A stretch of DNA of 64,000 nt, taken from Octopus sinensis. Taxonomy: Eukaryota. Positions within the stretch are counted from its first letter, which is position 1, and each line of letters begins with the position of its first letter. A model generated the notes under the pieces. That model was not told where the DNA came from. It did not search any database and saw only the letters and a list, made by a program, of their open reading frames with translations. The stretch covers positions 67,837,368 through 67,901,367 of the forward strand of contig NC_043011.1 of NCBI RefSeq assembly GCF_006345805.1. The letters run 5' to 3'. Both the position numbers and the translations under genes were made by a program. Shown in pieces: positions 50,133-64,000 of the stretch.

Positions 50133-51858
50133 CAGAAACAATACTGCTGTCTTTAGTGACTCCCAACACAAAATTGCAGACATAACCTTCACTCCCACTG
50201 GCATCGTAGCAGCAATAAATGAGGTCAAATACTACTCTGCCGTAGGCCCTGATAGATTCCCCGTTAGTCTCCTGAAGGAATGTAAACACCAACTTGCTGT
50301 CCCACTGACCAACCTATGGAGGAATTCATTAGATGCAGGTTATATACCAAAACAGTTTCTATCCCAGTCAATCATCCCGGTTTTCAAACAGGGAAACGTA
50401 TCCCTCGCACTCAACTATCGCCCAATCTCACTCACCTCCCACATCATCAAAGTGTTTGAAAGAGTGTTAAGATCAAGGATGGCTGACTTCCTGGAGACCC
50501 AGAAACTACTAAATGCAAATCAGCATGGCTTTCGCTGTGGCAAGGACTGTCTAACACACCACATTGAAGATGTACACCACATTGAAGATGTACTCAAAGC
50601 CTTGGGAACAGGTTCGAACTCTGATGTCATATATCTTGACTTCAGTAAAGCGTTCGACAGGGTAGACCATAATATCCTACTCTCAAAATTGGCAAATGTT
50701 GGAATCCGTGGAAAAGTTCTACACTGGATTAAGTATTTCCTGGCGAATAGAACACATGTTGTAGTTGATGGAGTCCACTCAAGCCCAGCAAAAGTCACCA
50801 GCGGTGTCCCCCAGGTGACTGTCTTGTGTCCGCTACTCTTCATAATCAACATAAACGACCTTTCCAGTGTCGTACATTACTGCAAAGTGAAAATATTTGC
50901 TGATGACACCAACTCCAGTCTGATCTATATGCTGTGAGTCAATGGGCAGACAGAAACAAAATGCAACTGAACGAGGGAAAATTTGAGCTGATGCATTTTG
51001 GAATAAACTCCTCACTAAAACAGCCATACTCTCTTCCTTCAGGGGAACCGCTCACAGCGTCTAACAATATTAGAGACCTGGGTGTAATTGTTGATGACGA
51101 TCTCAGTTGGAGTGCACACATCAACAAGAAGGTCGATATAGCTCGTAGGATGAGTTCCTGGATCTTAAGAACTTTCCGGTCCAGAGAACAAGGTGTCATC
51201 ATATCACTTTTTTCCTCCTTTGTACGGCCACAACTTGAATACTGCTGCCCACTGTGGTCTCCTCACACAAGACAAAACATCTCCAGAATTGAGTCACCCC
51301 AGAGGGCACTCACTAAACGCATTGAAGGCATGGCTGCTCTCGATTATTGGGATCGCCTTAAAGCCTTGAAACTTTACTCCCTCCAGCGTCGCCGTGAGCG
51401 GTACATCATTTGTACGATGTGGAAAATATACCGTCAACTTTGCCCAAACGACCTAAACATTAGCTTCAAGGTTCATCCAAGACTTGGACCACGGGCTATA
51501 CGTCCCCTGCCCAATTCAAGATCACAACATACATGTACGCTGCAGCACAATTTCTTTTCCTCAACAGGCCCTGCCCTATTTAACATTGTCCCGAGAGAGA
51601 TCAAAGAGGAAAAGGATCCCATCAACTTTAAACAGAGTCTGGATAGATTCCTTCAAAGAATACCAGATAAGCCACCCATAATTGGATATAACTCACCCAA
51701 CAAGAACTCACTACTTGAACAAAACTGGATACAACTCACCCAACAAGAACTCAGTACTTGAACAAAACTTGACTTAAACAGGATTCGAATAATCCTATCA
51801 GGTGGTGCTATTAAGTTAGACATGGCCTGGACCAATCTTTGTTCGAAACATATCTAAG
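50133..51858 (+). mobile_element. CR1/L2-group LINE, third family, 5'-truncated and decayed
   Basis: GPDRFP, NYRPISLTSH, QHGFR, YLDFSKAFDRVDH, GVPQ, FADD and LYSLQRRRERY motifs. An 18-bp duplication gives HHIEDV twice, there is a deletion after DDT, a 3' tandem duplication at ~51692-51770, and a CTAAGTT tail. Confidence 0.92.
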
Positions 51859-51868
51859 TTTATCTAAG

Positions 51869-51904
<36 letters not shown>

Positions 51905-51911
<7 letters not shown>

Positions 51912-52026
51912 CATATACAACATGAGAAAATGGAGAAATACATCTAAATCATTAATCAATTATCAGATAATACTTTATTAAACCCTGTCTCAATTTGTAT
52001 ATATATACATATATATATATATATTT

Positions 52027-52069
<43 letters not shown>

Positions 52070-53418
52070 CCAGTTACGCAATGGCGTCGATATAATCGCC
52101 TTAATCCGTATGTCTGTCTTTGTTTGTCCCCTCTGTGTTTAGCCTCTTATGGGTAGTAAAGAAATAGGTATTTCGGCTGCCGCTACGCTCTGAGTTCGAA
52201 TTCCGCCGAGGTCGACTTTGCCTGCTATTTCTAGCATATGGATATCCTTCTTGAAGGCCTGATCGATTTGCTTGACTAAATGCGGTGCTCCAGCATGGCC
52301 ACAATTAAATGACTGAAACAAGTAAAATAAAAGAACATATATATATATATATGTTTTGATCTTCCTTGTTTCAGTCATTTGACTGTGGCCATGCTGGAGC
52401 ACCGCATTTAGTCGAGCAAATCAATCCCAAGACATTATCTTTAAGCCTAGCGGTTCTTGTCAAGCGATGTTGGAGGGTGAGGGGAAACAGACACACACTC
52501 ACAAACACATATATGTATACATTTATATACGATGGGCTTCTTTCAGTTTCCATCTACCAAATCTATTCATACATACACACACACATATGTGTGTTTTCAT
52601 TTCTGTGTCTGCGTGCGCGCGAGTTTCCAGTTCATTGTTTGTGCGCGCGCTAGTGTATGCGTGTGGGCGTGTGTGTGTGAGTGTGTAACTGTGTATTTTC
52701 ATTTGTGTGTGTGTGTGTTTGTCCGTATGTGTGTGTGAGTGTGAGTGTGTCTGAGTATTTTCATTTCTGTGTGTGTTTATGACTGGTTTTAATTATGTGT
52801 GCGTGTGTATTTTCGTTTCTGTGTGTGAGTGTTTCAGTGTGTAACTGTGCATTTTCAATTTTGTGCATGAATGTGTGTGAGTGTTTGTGTGTGTGTCGTT
52901 ACGCACGCACGCACTGGTGTCGAAAGGCACAAACGCACACATACACACACGCAATTGAAAATACAGTCACACACGCACAGACACGCACACACACACACAC
53001 ACACACACGCACGCTCGCGCACACACACACACAAACACACACACACACAAAAAACACACACACACACACATATATATACATTTCAAAATAGAAAATTGCC
53101 CATTAACAGGTAATTTTTACATGCTAGAAATAGCAGCCAAACTTTGCCACGATCCTTCATTTTCTAGCAAATTTTCAAGTCCATGAAAAATAAAAACCTT
53201 TATCTAGTTAAATATCTTGTTAAATATATACAACTACATATATATATATACACACACACACACACAAATATATATATATATATATACATATACAAGATGA
53301 GAAAATGGAGAAATACATCTAAATCAAATATCAATTATCAGATAATACTTTATTAAACCCTATATCAATTTGTATATATATATACATATATATATATTTA
53401 TATATTTATTATATATAT

Positions 53419-53493
<75 letters not shown>

Positions 53494-53500
53494 TATATAT
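51905..53500. repeat. ~1.4-kb composite tandem unit (SINE pieces + microsatellites) plus the start of the next unit
   Basis: The marker TACAACATGAGAAAATGGAGAAATACATC occurs at ~51916, 53291 (one mismatch) and 57575. Confidence 0.88.
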
Positions 53501-53505
53501 ATATA

Positions 53506-56500
53506 GGGGGGCAAAGGAAAATGATTGCGTCTCTCATAGCCTCTCCTCTCCAGGTGTAATGATCGCTGCAGAACTTCTACCTGGCTGCGCCTTGCGGAAA
53601 GTTCTTGCTTATGGCCTCTCCTGCACTACTGTGTCCACAGCAGCACCTTCACGCGGTACCCCCTGTTCTCACTGAGCCTGCTGTGTGGCGCGACCGGGTG
53701 CTTGGCGGTATAACCGGGTGGGCAGACTGGGCTCGTTAGCCTTGGTTGACAGCCAGTCTAGGAGAAGGAAAACTCTGACTCCAAACCCTCGCTCCGCTGC
53801 CTTGCGGATGCTCTTGGGAGAGGGAAAGGCTATGGGAGTAAACCCAGACAGAAAATCCGGAGTGGAGCCCTGAAGGCGGTAGGGTGTCGAATCTCGACCC
53901 TTTTCCGGCAACTCCTGCAGCCAACCAGACTCCAAACGTACTGCACTGCATTCCTTTGGATTATGTCTGGGGGCCCGAGAGGGAGATTCTGGTGTCTGGG
54001 CAGCCCAGTGTCTTCGTTCCTACCGCCCAGGCTTGCGCCATGGAGAAACTACTCCATCGATGGAACAAGCTGAGATGGCAGTTACGAGTTTTAAGCCAGG
54101 GTGAATTGGCGTAATCCCGGGCGCTACGGGTCTCTAACGGTGGGAGGGATCATTGAAGTCCCACTGGTCAGCTACCGCCCGCCTTAAGCTGGGCAGCCCC
54201 CGGCCAATAATGGTGCTAAGCCGCCACAGACTGCCCGCTTCAATGGGTGCTTGGAGCTAGGACAAAATCTGAAAAGCAGACTGAAAACCCTGCACCAGCA
54301 AACAAAGGAAAAACAAATACCCAGTCTCCAGTCTTGCGACTGGCCACCTGGAATGTCAGGACCATGTGCCCTGGCATCATTGACGATCTACGACAGATGA
54401 ACGACAGTAGGAAGACAGCAGTCATCAACACCGAATTGAAAAGGCTGAACATCGACATAGCGGCGCTGCAAGAGACCAGGCTCGCCGCAGACGGCATGCT
54501 ACGGGAGAAGGACTACACCTTCTACTGGCAGGGGAGACCCGTCGAGGAGGCCCGCCAGCATGGCGTGGGGTTTGCCGTGAGGAACAGCTTGCTCCCCATG
54601 GCGATCCCTCCTTCAAATGGCTCAGAGCGCATCCTCACTCTTGGCCTTGCAACATCAACGGGGAAGGTAAACATAATTAGTGCTTATGCCCCAACACTCC
54701 ACTCTCCTCAGAAAATAAAAGACCGGGTCTATGAGGAGCTCGGCGCCACCATCAGCCAGATACCAGGGTCAGAGCCCATCTTCCTTCTGGGCGACTTCAA
54801 CGCAAGTGTGGGATGATTCGATCATGGGGCATGGCCAGACTACCTTGGACGCTTTGGCGTGGGGAAGATGAATGAGAATGGCCAGAGACTGTTGGAGCTT
54901 TGCTCTTACCGGAAACTCTGCGTTACCAACACATTCTTCACGACTAAGCCACAACACCGGGTCTCATGGAGGCACCCAAGGTCCGGACACTGGCACCAAC
55001 TGGACATGGTCATCACCCGGCGAGCCCACCTAGGCAGTGTGCTTCTCACACGCAGCTACCATGGTGCTGACTGTGATACAGACCACTCTCTGGTGTGCAG
55101 TAGGGTCCGATTGGCCCCAAAGAAAATCCGCCGTCCCGTAGGGAAAAGCCGCCCACGCATCAACACCGCCAGGACAACCAACCCCGACCTCCGCTCAGAA
55201 TTCACCAACCGCATGGAGGAGGCCCTTAAAGATCACGCAGCCACGTCCATCGAGGAGAGATGGCAGCTTATTCGCGACACCACTTGCAGAATAGTCATGT
55301 CATCCCTAGGAAAGAGGGAGCGGAGAAATCAAGACTGGTTTGAGGCTCACCTGCCTGAGATGGAGCCTGTCATTGCTGCCAAGAGGGAAGCACTGGTCAA
55401 CTATAAGCGCGACCCTTCAGAAAAGAACCTGGTTACTCTAAGAACAGCCAGAAGTGACGCCCAGAGGACGGCCAGACGTTGCGCCAACATCTACTGGCAG
55501 AACCTATGCCAGAACATCCAGTGCTGTGCTGACAGTGGTAACGTGAAAGGGATGTACGAGGAGATCAAGAAAGCATTCAGGCCCACTGTCAGCAAGGTTG
55601 CTTTACTGAAGTCCAGGGATGGCGAGGTCATCAAGGACCAAGCGAAGCAGATAGAGAGGTGGGTCGAGCATTACCAGAACCTCTACTCCACTGAGAATGT
55701 GGTCACCAGGTCTGCCCTCGCCGGCATTCCTGCTCTGCCTGTCATGGAGGAGCTTGACCTGCCTCCAACAAAGGAAGAACTGAGCAAAGCAATTGACTCA
55801 CTCGCTCGGGGCAAGGCACCAGGGCAAGACGGCATCCCCGCAGAAGTCATCCAGTGCGGGAAGCCAGCCCTTCTGGGCCATCTCCACGAGCTGCTCTGTC
55901 AGTGCTGGGAGGAGGGCTCTGTCCCTAAGGATATGCGTGACGCAAACATCATCACACTGTATAAAAACAAAGGGGACAGAAGCGACTGTAATAATTATAA
56001 GGGCATATCCCTGCTCAGCATTGTCGGTAAGGCATTTGCCAGGGTGGTCCTGAAGAGGTTGCAAATGCTTGCAGAGCGTGTGTACCCCGAGTCTCAGTCT
56101 GGCTTTAGGGCAGAGAGGTCTACAATCGACATGATTTTCTCACTCAGGCAGCTTCAAGAAAAGAGTCGAGAACAGAGACAGCCCCTATACGTGGCCTTCA
56201 TCGACCTGGCTAAGGCGTTCGACTCAGTCAGTAGGGAGGGGCTGTTTGCGCTCCTGGGTAGGATATGTTGCCCTCCCAGACTGCTGAAACTCATCACCTC
56301 CTTTCACGATACGGTATGCAGGGAACAGTGCAGTTTGACGGATTGCCCTCGGAGTCGTTCGCCATCCAGAGTGGAGTGAAACAGGGTTGCGTTCTGGCGC
56401 CGACGCTCTTCGGAATTTTCTTCTCCCTTGTCCTGTCCTATGCCTTCAGAACGTCCGACGACGGAGTGTTCCTCCACACCAGGGCTGATGGTGGGTTGTT

Positions 56501-57557
56501 CAATCTTGCGCGCCTCAGAGCTAAGACCAAAGTCCGTCAGGTGCTGATCAGAGAGATCCTCTTTGCTGACGATGCCGCCCTAACATCACACAACCAGCCG
56601 GGTCTCCAGAGGCTGTTCAGCTCCCTGGCGGATGCCTGCCAAGAGTTCGGCCTTACCATCGGCCTGAAAAAGACAGAGATCATGGGCCAGGACGTCGGAG
56701 GGGTCCCCAGCATCAGTGTCGGCGACCACAGCTTGCAGGTGGTGAACGAGTTCACTTACCTAGGATCGACGGTCTCCAGCAGCCTGTCCCTCGAGCCGGA
56801 GCTGAACAGACGGATTGGGAGGGCTGCTGCTGCCATGGCTAAGCTCTCCAGGAGAGTGTGGGAAAACATGCTCACAATAACCACCAAGATCGCAGTGTAC
56901 CGAGCCTGCGTGCTGAGCACCCTACTCTACGGCAGCGAGAGCTGGACAACATACACCCGGCAGGAATGCCGCCTCAGCGGCTTCCACATGCGGTGTCTTC
57001 GACGGATCCTTGGCATCTCCTGGAAGGACCCAGTACCAAACGGAGTCATCCTGGAACAGACTAATATGCCAAGCATGCATGCCCTCCTCGTGCGGAGATG
57101 ACTGCGCTGGCTCGGACACGTCTGCCGCATGCAGGACGGTCGCATGCCTAAAGACATCCTATACAGCGAACTCACCACGGGATCCCGACTCAAAGGACGT
57201 CCACAGCTACGATACAGGGATGTGTGCAAGCGCGACCTGAGGACTGCCAATATCTGTGTGGACACGTGGGAGGTAACAGCTGCTGACCGCTCTGCCTGGC
57301 GTCGGACAGTGAGGAAAGGCGTTTCCATGGCTGAGGAAAGGAGAGCACAGCCGTGGTCGGACAGGCGGGACAGGAGGAGGACAACTGCAGCAACACCCCA
57401 CACGTACCCATCGATGTTCGTGTGCAGCAACTGTACCAGGGACTGCCACTCTAGAATTGGACTGTTCAGTCACAGCAGACGCAGCACATCATCAAAGTAG
57501 GCCCCACACTTGGCGCAACCCATTGTCTATCAAGACAGACGGGGAGAAGAGAAGAGA
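53506..57557 (+). mobile_element. Near full-length RTE-clade LINE (5' UTR, APE, RT, C-terminal C2H2-like motif), GC-rich
   Basis: ATWNVRT, IAALQETR, GDFNA, FIDLAKAFDSV, GVKQGCVLAP, LFADD and FVCSNC.RDCHSRIGLFSH motifs. Lesions are TGA 54814, a frameshift near 56312 and TGA 57098. GAAGA tail. Confidence 0.96.
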
Positions 57558-57559
57558 TA

Positions 57560-57673
57560 TATATACATACATATACAACATGAGAAAATGGAGAAATACA
57601 TCTAAATCAAATATCAATTATCAGATAATACTTTATTACACCCTATATCAATTTGTATATATATACATATATA

Positions 57674-57718
<45 letters not shown>

Positions 57719-57741
57719 TATATATATTATATATATATATA

Positions 57742-57784
<43 letters not shown>

Positions 57785-59078
57785 CAGTTACGCAATGGGG
57801 TCGATATAATCGCCTTAATCCGTATGTCTGTCTTTGTTTGTCCCCTCTGTGTTTAGCCTCTTGTGGGTAGTAAAGAAATAGCTATTTCATCTGCCGCTAC
57901 GCTCTGAGTTCAAATTCCGCCGAGGTCGACTTTGCCTGCTATTTCTAGCATATGGACAGCCTTCTTGAAGGCCTGATCGATTTGCTTGACTAAATGCGGT
58001 GCTCCAGCATGGCCACAGTCAAATGACTGAAACAAGTAAAATAAAAGAACATATATATATATGTTTTGATTTTCCTTGTTTCAGTCATTTGACTGTGGCC
58101 ATGCTGGAGCACCGCATTTAGTCGAGCAAATCAATCCCAAGACATTATTTTTAAGCCTAGCGGTTCTTGTCAAGCAATGTTGGAGGGGGGAGGGGGGGAA
58201 ATAGACACGCACATATATGTATACATTTATATACGATGGGCTTCTTTCAGTTTCCATCAACCAAATCTATTCATACATACACACACACAAACACACACAC
58301 ATATGTGTGTTTTCATTTCTGTGTCTGCGTGCGCGCGTGTTTCTAGTTCATTACTTGTACGTGTGTGTGTGTGTGTGTGTGGTGTGTGTGTGTGTGTGCG
58401 CTAGTGTATGCGTGTGAGCGTGTGTGTGTGAGGGTGTAACTGTGTATTTTCCTTTTTTGTGTGTGTGTGTGTGTGGTGTTTGTCCGTATGCATGTGTGCA
58501 TGTGTGAGTGTGAGTGTGTGTGAGTATTTTCATTTCAGTGTGTATGTGTGACTGTTTTTATTTATGTGTGCGTGTGTATTTTCGTTTCTGTGTGTGAGTG
58601 TTTGAGTGTGTAACTGTGCATTTTCAATTTTGTGTGTGTATGCTTGTGGGCGTTTGTGTGTGTGTCGTTACGCACGCACTGGTGTCGAAAGGCACAAACG
58701 CACACATACACACACACAATTGAAAATACAGTCACACACGCACACACCTTTTCCCTGAGTTGCTTAGCAACGGGTAATAATAGAGAAAAATAGTTTTATA
58801 TTGAGAGAGAGAGAAACTCATATGTTAGATAGTGAGTTAAATACAGACAGAGAGAGAGCGTAAAAGACAGAGAGAGAGACAGACAGACAGACAGAGAGAA
58901 GAAGATCTTAAGTAACTTTCTGATGAAATTAAATGGAGTCGTTCAGTTTGTCTGCAAAAGATACAATCGAACGCTACAGAAGCTAAACCTCTTTCGCTTC
59001 ATTTTTCGGTTACAAAACGAAATGTCTATTTCATATGTCACCAAAAATCGGAAGATTTTAAAGATACACGCGCACACA

Positions 59079-59116
<38 letters not shown>

Positions 59117-59124
59117 ACATACAC

Positions 59125-59156
<32 letters not shown>

Positions 59157-59365
59157 TTCAAAATAGAAAATTACCCTTTAACATGCAATTTTATCATGCT
59201 AGAAATAGCAGCAAAGATTGCTACGATCCATTATTTTCTGGCAAATTTTGAAGTCCATGAAAAATAAAGACCTTTATCTTTTTATATATGTATATATATA
59301 TACATCTACATATATATATATACACACACACATATGTATAGATATATAGATATATAGATATATAG

Positions 59366-59400
<35 letters not shown>
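57560..59400. repeat. Second copy of the 1.4-kb composite unit, carrying a ~310-bp insertion (~58748-59060)
   Basis: Collinear with 51905-53285. Confidence 0.88.
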
Positions 59401-59409
<9 letters not shown>

Positions 59410-59435
59410 CATTAAATATATAAATATATAAATAT

Positions 59436-59493
<58 letters not shown>

Positions 59494-59500
59494 ATATATA

Positions 59501-59545
<45 letters not shown>

Positions 59546-59548
59546 TAT

Positions 59549-59980
59549 AGGCGCAGGAGTGGCTGTGTGGTAAGTAGCTTGTCTACCAACCACATGGTTG
59601 CGGGTTCAGTCCCACTGAGTGTGTATTTGTGTGTCTGTGTTTGTCCCTAGCATTGCTGGTGTGCTTATGTCCCCGATCGGCAAGAGAGACCGATAGAATA
59701 AGTACTGGGATTGCAAAAGAATAAGTCCAGGGGTCGAGTTGCTCGACTAATGGCGGATACGTTGCTACGGTTTCAAACTAAACTGAGGTAAGGCATTTGA
59801 ATTTCATTTGGGCCCATTTGACGCTTCAATGAACGTCCTTTAATCTTAAACTCTGTCTGTGTTAGGCTTACAAAGAATAAGTCCTGGGGTCGATTTGCTC
59901 GACTAAAAAAAAAAAAAGGCTGGTGCTCCAGCATGGCCGCTGTGAAAATGAGTGAAACAAGTAAAAGAGTAAAGGGTATA
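59549..59980 (+). mobile_element. tRNA-derived SINE (OK/OR-like), internally deleted, with a duplicated tail
   Basis: Head GGCGCAGGAGTGGCTGTGTGGTAAG; tail motif seen twice. Confidence 0.8.
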
Positions 59981-60072
59981 CTGTATAGGTTTAAGAGCCA
60001 TGGTAATATTTATATGTGATGAAATGTTGACCATAAATAAAATTTACATCCAGTCTCGGACTAATTTTATCT

Positions 60073-60121
60073 TTGGCTGCTATTTCTAGCATATAGATAG
60101 CCTGCTTGAAGGCATGAAGGG

Positions 60122-60175
<54 letters not shown>

Positions 60176-60536
60176 GTTCTTTTATTTAACTTGTTTCAGT
60201 CATTTGTCTGTGGCCATGCTGGAGCACTGCCTTTAGTCGAGCAAATCGACCCCAAGACTTATTCTTTTTAAGCCTATCGTTTCTTGCCGAGCCGCTAATT
60301 GACGGGGATGTAAACACCCCAGCATCGGTTGTCAAGTGATGTGGGGGGGGGACAAACAGACACACACACTCACACACATATATATATGTATATATATTTA
60401 TATACGATGGGCTTCTTTCAGTTTCCATCTACTAAATCTATTCATACACACACACACACACACATATATATATGTATGTATATGTATATATATATATATG
60501 TATGTATATGTATATATATATATATGTATGTATATG

Positions 60537-60567
<31 letters not shown>

Positions 60568-60583
60568 GTATGTATATGTATAT

Positions 60584-60631
<48 letters not shown>

Positions 60632-60918
60632 ATATATATATGTATATGTATATATATATATGTATATGTATGTATGTATATGTATGTATATGTATATATA
60701 TGTATATATGTATATGTATGTATATGTATATGTATGTATATGTATATATATGTATATGTATGTATATGTATATGTATGTATATGTATATGTATGTATATG
60801 TATATATATGTATATGTATGTATATGTATATATATGTATATGTATATATATGTATATATATATGTATATGTATATATGTGTATATATATATGTGTATATA
60901 TATATGTGTGTATACATA

Positions 60919-60987
<69 letters not shown>

Positions 60988-62318
60988 TATGATAAAAGGC
61001 CCACACAGAAAGTGTGGTTGTAAGTGAAGTGCTTTTGTTAGTGTGTGTAAAGAGCCAGAGAAAGTAATGTTGTGCTGTGTGTGTATGTGTGAAAGACAGA
61101 CATCACTTTTTTTATTCACTGTTTGTAGTGTGTGACTGAGAGAGAAAAGAAGAGAGAGAGGTTATGTATGTATGGCTTTAGCGACACACACACAAAAACT
61201 CATACCTACGTTACACCGAAAGCGCGCGCACACAAACGTAACGCGCTCTATCTGTCTGGTTTGCCATTCCTCACACACACACATACACACGCAAACATGT
61301 GTGTATTTGTTATTAGTATAAAACGCGCCAAACAATATTCAGTTTCTCATTCGAACACATTTGCGAACACACACTGACGCTCGACTTTCCATCACTCAAC
61401 AGATAAGGTAAATTGATTTTGTAATTTACTTTTTGTCGCTAAATTTTGGTAGCGTACGTTCTTGAAAAATGGAAATTTTACACAATTTTTCCTGAATCCT
61501 CATCTTTCACTTAACTGAAAAAAAAACACAAAATCCGCATTTTTTCACTTTTTCCAGAATTTTCTCTTCTTACTTATTTCTTTATTTTCTATTTAATTCT
61601 TATTATTTTTTTGGGTGTGGGCCAAATACGTAAAATATACAAAGATTTGAACTCTGATAGAAATTTCCGAGGTGGCACCCCGGGTAAGTGATTTGTTTCA
61701 GTCATTTGCCTGTGGCCATGCTGGAGCACTGCCTTTAGTCGAGCAAATCGACACCAGGACTTATATTTTGTAAGCCTATTGCTTATTCTATCGTTCTCTA
61801 TTTGCCGAACCGCTAATTAAGTTATGTTATCGTAGTTTTGTTAACTTTGGCTGCTATTTCTAGCATATGGCTAGCCTGCTTGAAGGCCTGAATGGTAAAT
61901 ATATATATATATATATATAAATATATATATATTTATATATTTATATATATGTTCTTTTATTTAACTTGTTTCAGTCATTTGTCTGTGGCCATGCTGGAGC
62001 ACTGCCTTTAGTCGAGCAAATCGATCCCAAGACATATTCTTTTTAAGCCTATCGTTTCTTGCCGAGCCGCTAATTGACGGGGATGTAAACACCCCAGCAT
62101 CGGTTGTCAAGTGATGTGGGGGGGGACAAACAGACACACACACACTCACACACATATATATATGTATATATATTTATATACGATGGGCTTCTTTCAGTTT
62201 CCATCTACTAAATCTATTCATACACACACACACACACACACATATATATATGTATGTATATGTATATATATATATATGTATGTATATGTATATATATATA
62301 TATATATGTATGTATATG

Positions 62319-62349
<31 letters not shown>

Positions 62350-62704
62350 GTATGTATATGTATATATATATATATGTATATGTTATATATATATATGTAT
62401 GTATATGTATATAATATATGTATGTATATGTATTATATATTATATGTATATGTATGTATGTATATGTATGTATATGTATATATATATATATATGTATATA
62501 TGTATATGTATGTATGTATATGTATGTATATGTATATATATGTATATGTATGTATATGTATGTATGTGTATGTATGTATATGTATATATATGTATATATA
62601 TGTATATATATGTATGTATATGTATGTATATGTATATATATATATATGTATGTATGTGTATATATATATGTGTATATATATGTGTGTGTATATATATATG
62701 TGTG

Positions 62705-62735
<31 letters not shown>

Positions 62736-63644
62736 CTTATGATAAAAGGCCCACACAGAAAGTGTGGTTGTAAGTGAAGTGCTTTTGTTAGTGTGTGTAA
62801 AGAGCCAGAGAAAGTAATGTTGTGCTGTGTGTGTATGTGTGAAAGACAGACATCACTTTTTTTATTCACTGTTTGTAGTGTGTGACTGAGAGAGAAAAGA
62901 AGAGAGAGAGGTTATGTATGTATGGCTTTAGCGACACACACACAAAAACTCATACCTACGTTACACCGAAAGCGCGCGCACACAAACGTAACGGGCTCTA
63001 TCTGTCTGGTTTGCCATCCTCACACACCACACATACACACGCAAACATGTGTGTATTTGTATTAGTATAAAACGCGCCAAACAATATTCAGTTTCTCATT
63101 CGAACACATTTGCGAACACACACTGACGCTCGACTTTCCATCACTCAACAGATAAGGTAAATTGATTTTGTAATTTACTTTTGTCGCTAAATTTGGTAGC
63201 GTACGTTCTTGAAAAATGGAAATTTTACACAATTTTCCTGAATTCTCATCTTTCACTTAACTGAAAAAAAAACACAAAATCCGCATTTTTTCACTTTTTC
63301 CAGAATTTTCTCTTCTTACTTATTTCTTTATTTTCTATTTAATTCTTATTATTTTTTTGGTGTGGGCCAAATACGTAAAATATACAAAGATTTGAACTCT
63401 GATAGAAATTTCCGAGGTGGCACCTCGGGTAAGTGATTTGTTTCAGTCATTTGCCTGTGGCCATGCTGGAGCACTGCCTTTAGTCGAGCAAATCGACACC
63501 AGGACTTATATTTTGTAAGCCTATTGATTATCTATCGTTCTCTATTTGCCGAACCGCTAATTAAGTTATGTTATCGTAGTTTTGTTAACTTGGCTGCTAT
63601 TTCTAGCATATAGATAGCCTGCTTGAAGCCTGAATGGTAAATAT

Positions 63645-63697
<53 letters not shown>

Positions 63698-64000
63698 ATA
63701 TTTATATATTATATATATGTTCTTTTATTAACTTGTTTCAGTCATTTGTCTGTGGCCATGCTGGAGCACTGCCTTTAGTCGAGCAAATCGATCCCAAGCA
63801 TATCTTTTTAAGCCTATCGTTTCTTGCCGAGCCGCTAATTGACGGGGATGTAAACACACCAGCATCGGTTGTCAAGCGATGTGGGGTGGGGGGACAAACA
63901 CACACTCACACATATATATGTATATATATTTATATACGATTGGCTTCTTTTAGTTTCCATCTACTAAATCTATTCATACACACACACACACATATATATA
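60073..64000. repeat. ~1.75-kb tandem repeat (two full units plus a partial third)
   Basis: Unit starts at ~60073, 61847 and 63591; each contains SINE fragments and a (TATATG)n tract. Confidence 0.93.

Noticed and set aside
2339-57100. In-frame TGA codons in LINE ORFs (2339, 54814, 57098) as selenocysteine recoding, as in Naiad PLEs
   Set aside because: Sister copies have Arg (CGN) at 2339, and 57098 sits in the RRLRW motif, so CGA-to-TGA mutation explains these two. 54814 is not at a Cys-type position. No SECIS was recognised.

Overview
AT-rich, microsatellite-laden eukaryotic DNA made almost entirely of transposable-element debris. The SINE families and repeat landscape suggest an octopus genome (inference, not verified). 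No intact host gene is visible, and most ORF-track entries are microsatellite or antisense-TE artefacts. Content: CR1/L2-group LINEs (a cluster of three near-identical copies plus two other families), a near-complete GC-rich RTE LINE and many RTE fragments, a Tx1-type LINE, Penelope-like elements (PLEs), two Tc1 families, mariner remnants, a deleted Gypsy element, tRNA-derived SINEs, a Helentron/HINE-like element, a foldback element, a ~4.5-kb segmental duplication and SINE-built macro-tandem repeats. Two things stand out. (1) Three hammerhead-ribozyme-like motifs read by eye: one with a perfect core at 10770-10862(-), one with a swapped G3:C8 core in a Penelope palindrome at 3143-3193(-), and one decayed. 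(2) At 44976-49419, a 2.9-kb G-rich 15-bp satellite runs into (TTAGGG)n, faces a (CCCTAA)n tract 1.2 kb away, and that tract cuts directly into a death-domain-like exon. This resembles a fossil telomere fusion. All homology calls come from recognising motifs; no database searches were run.
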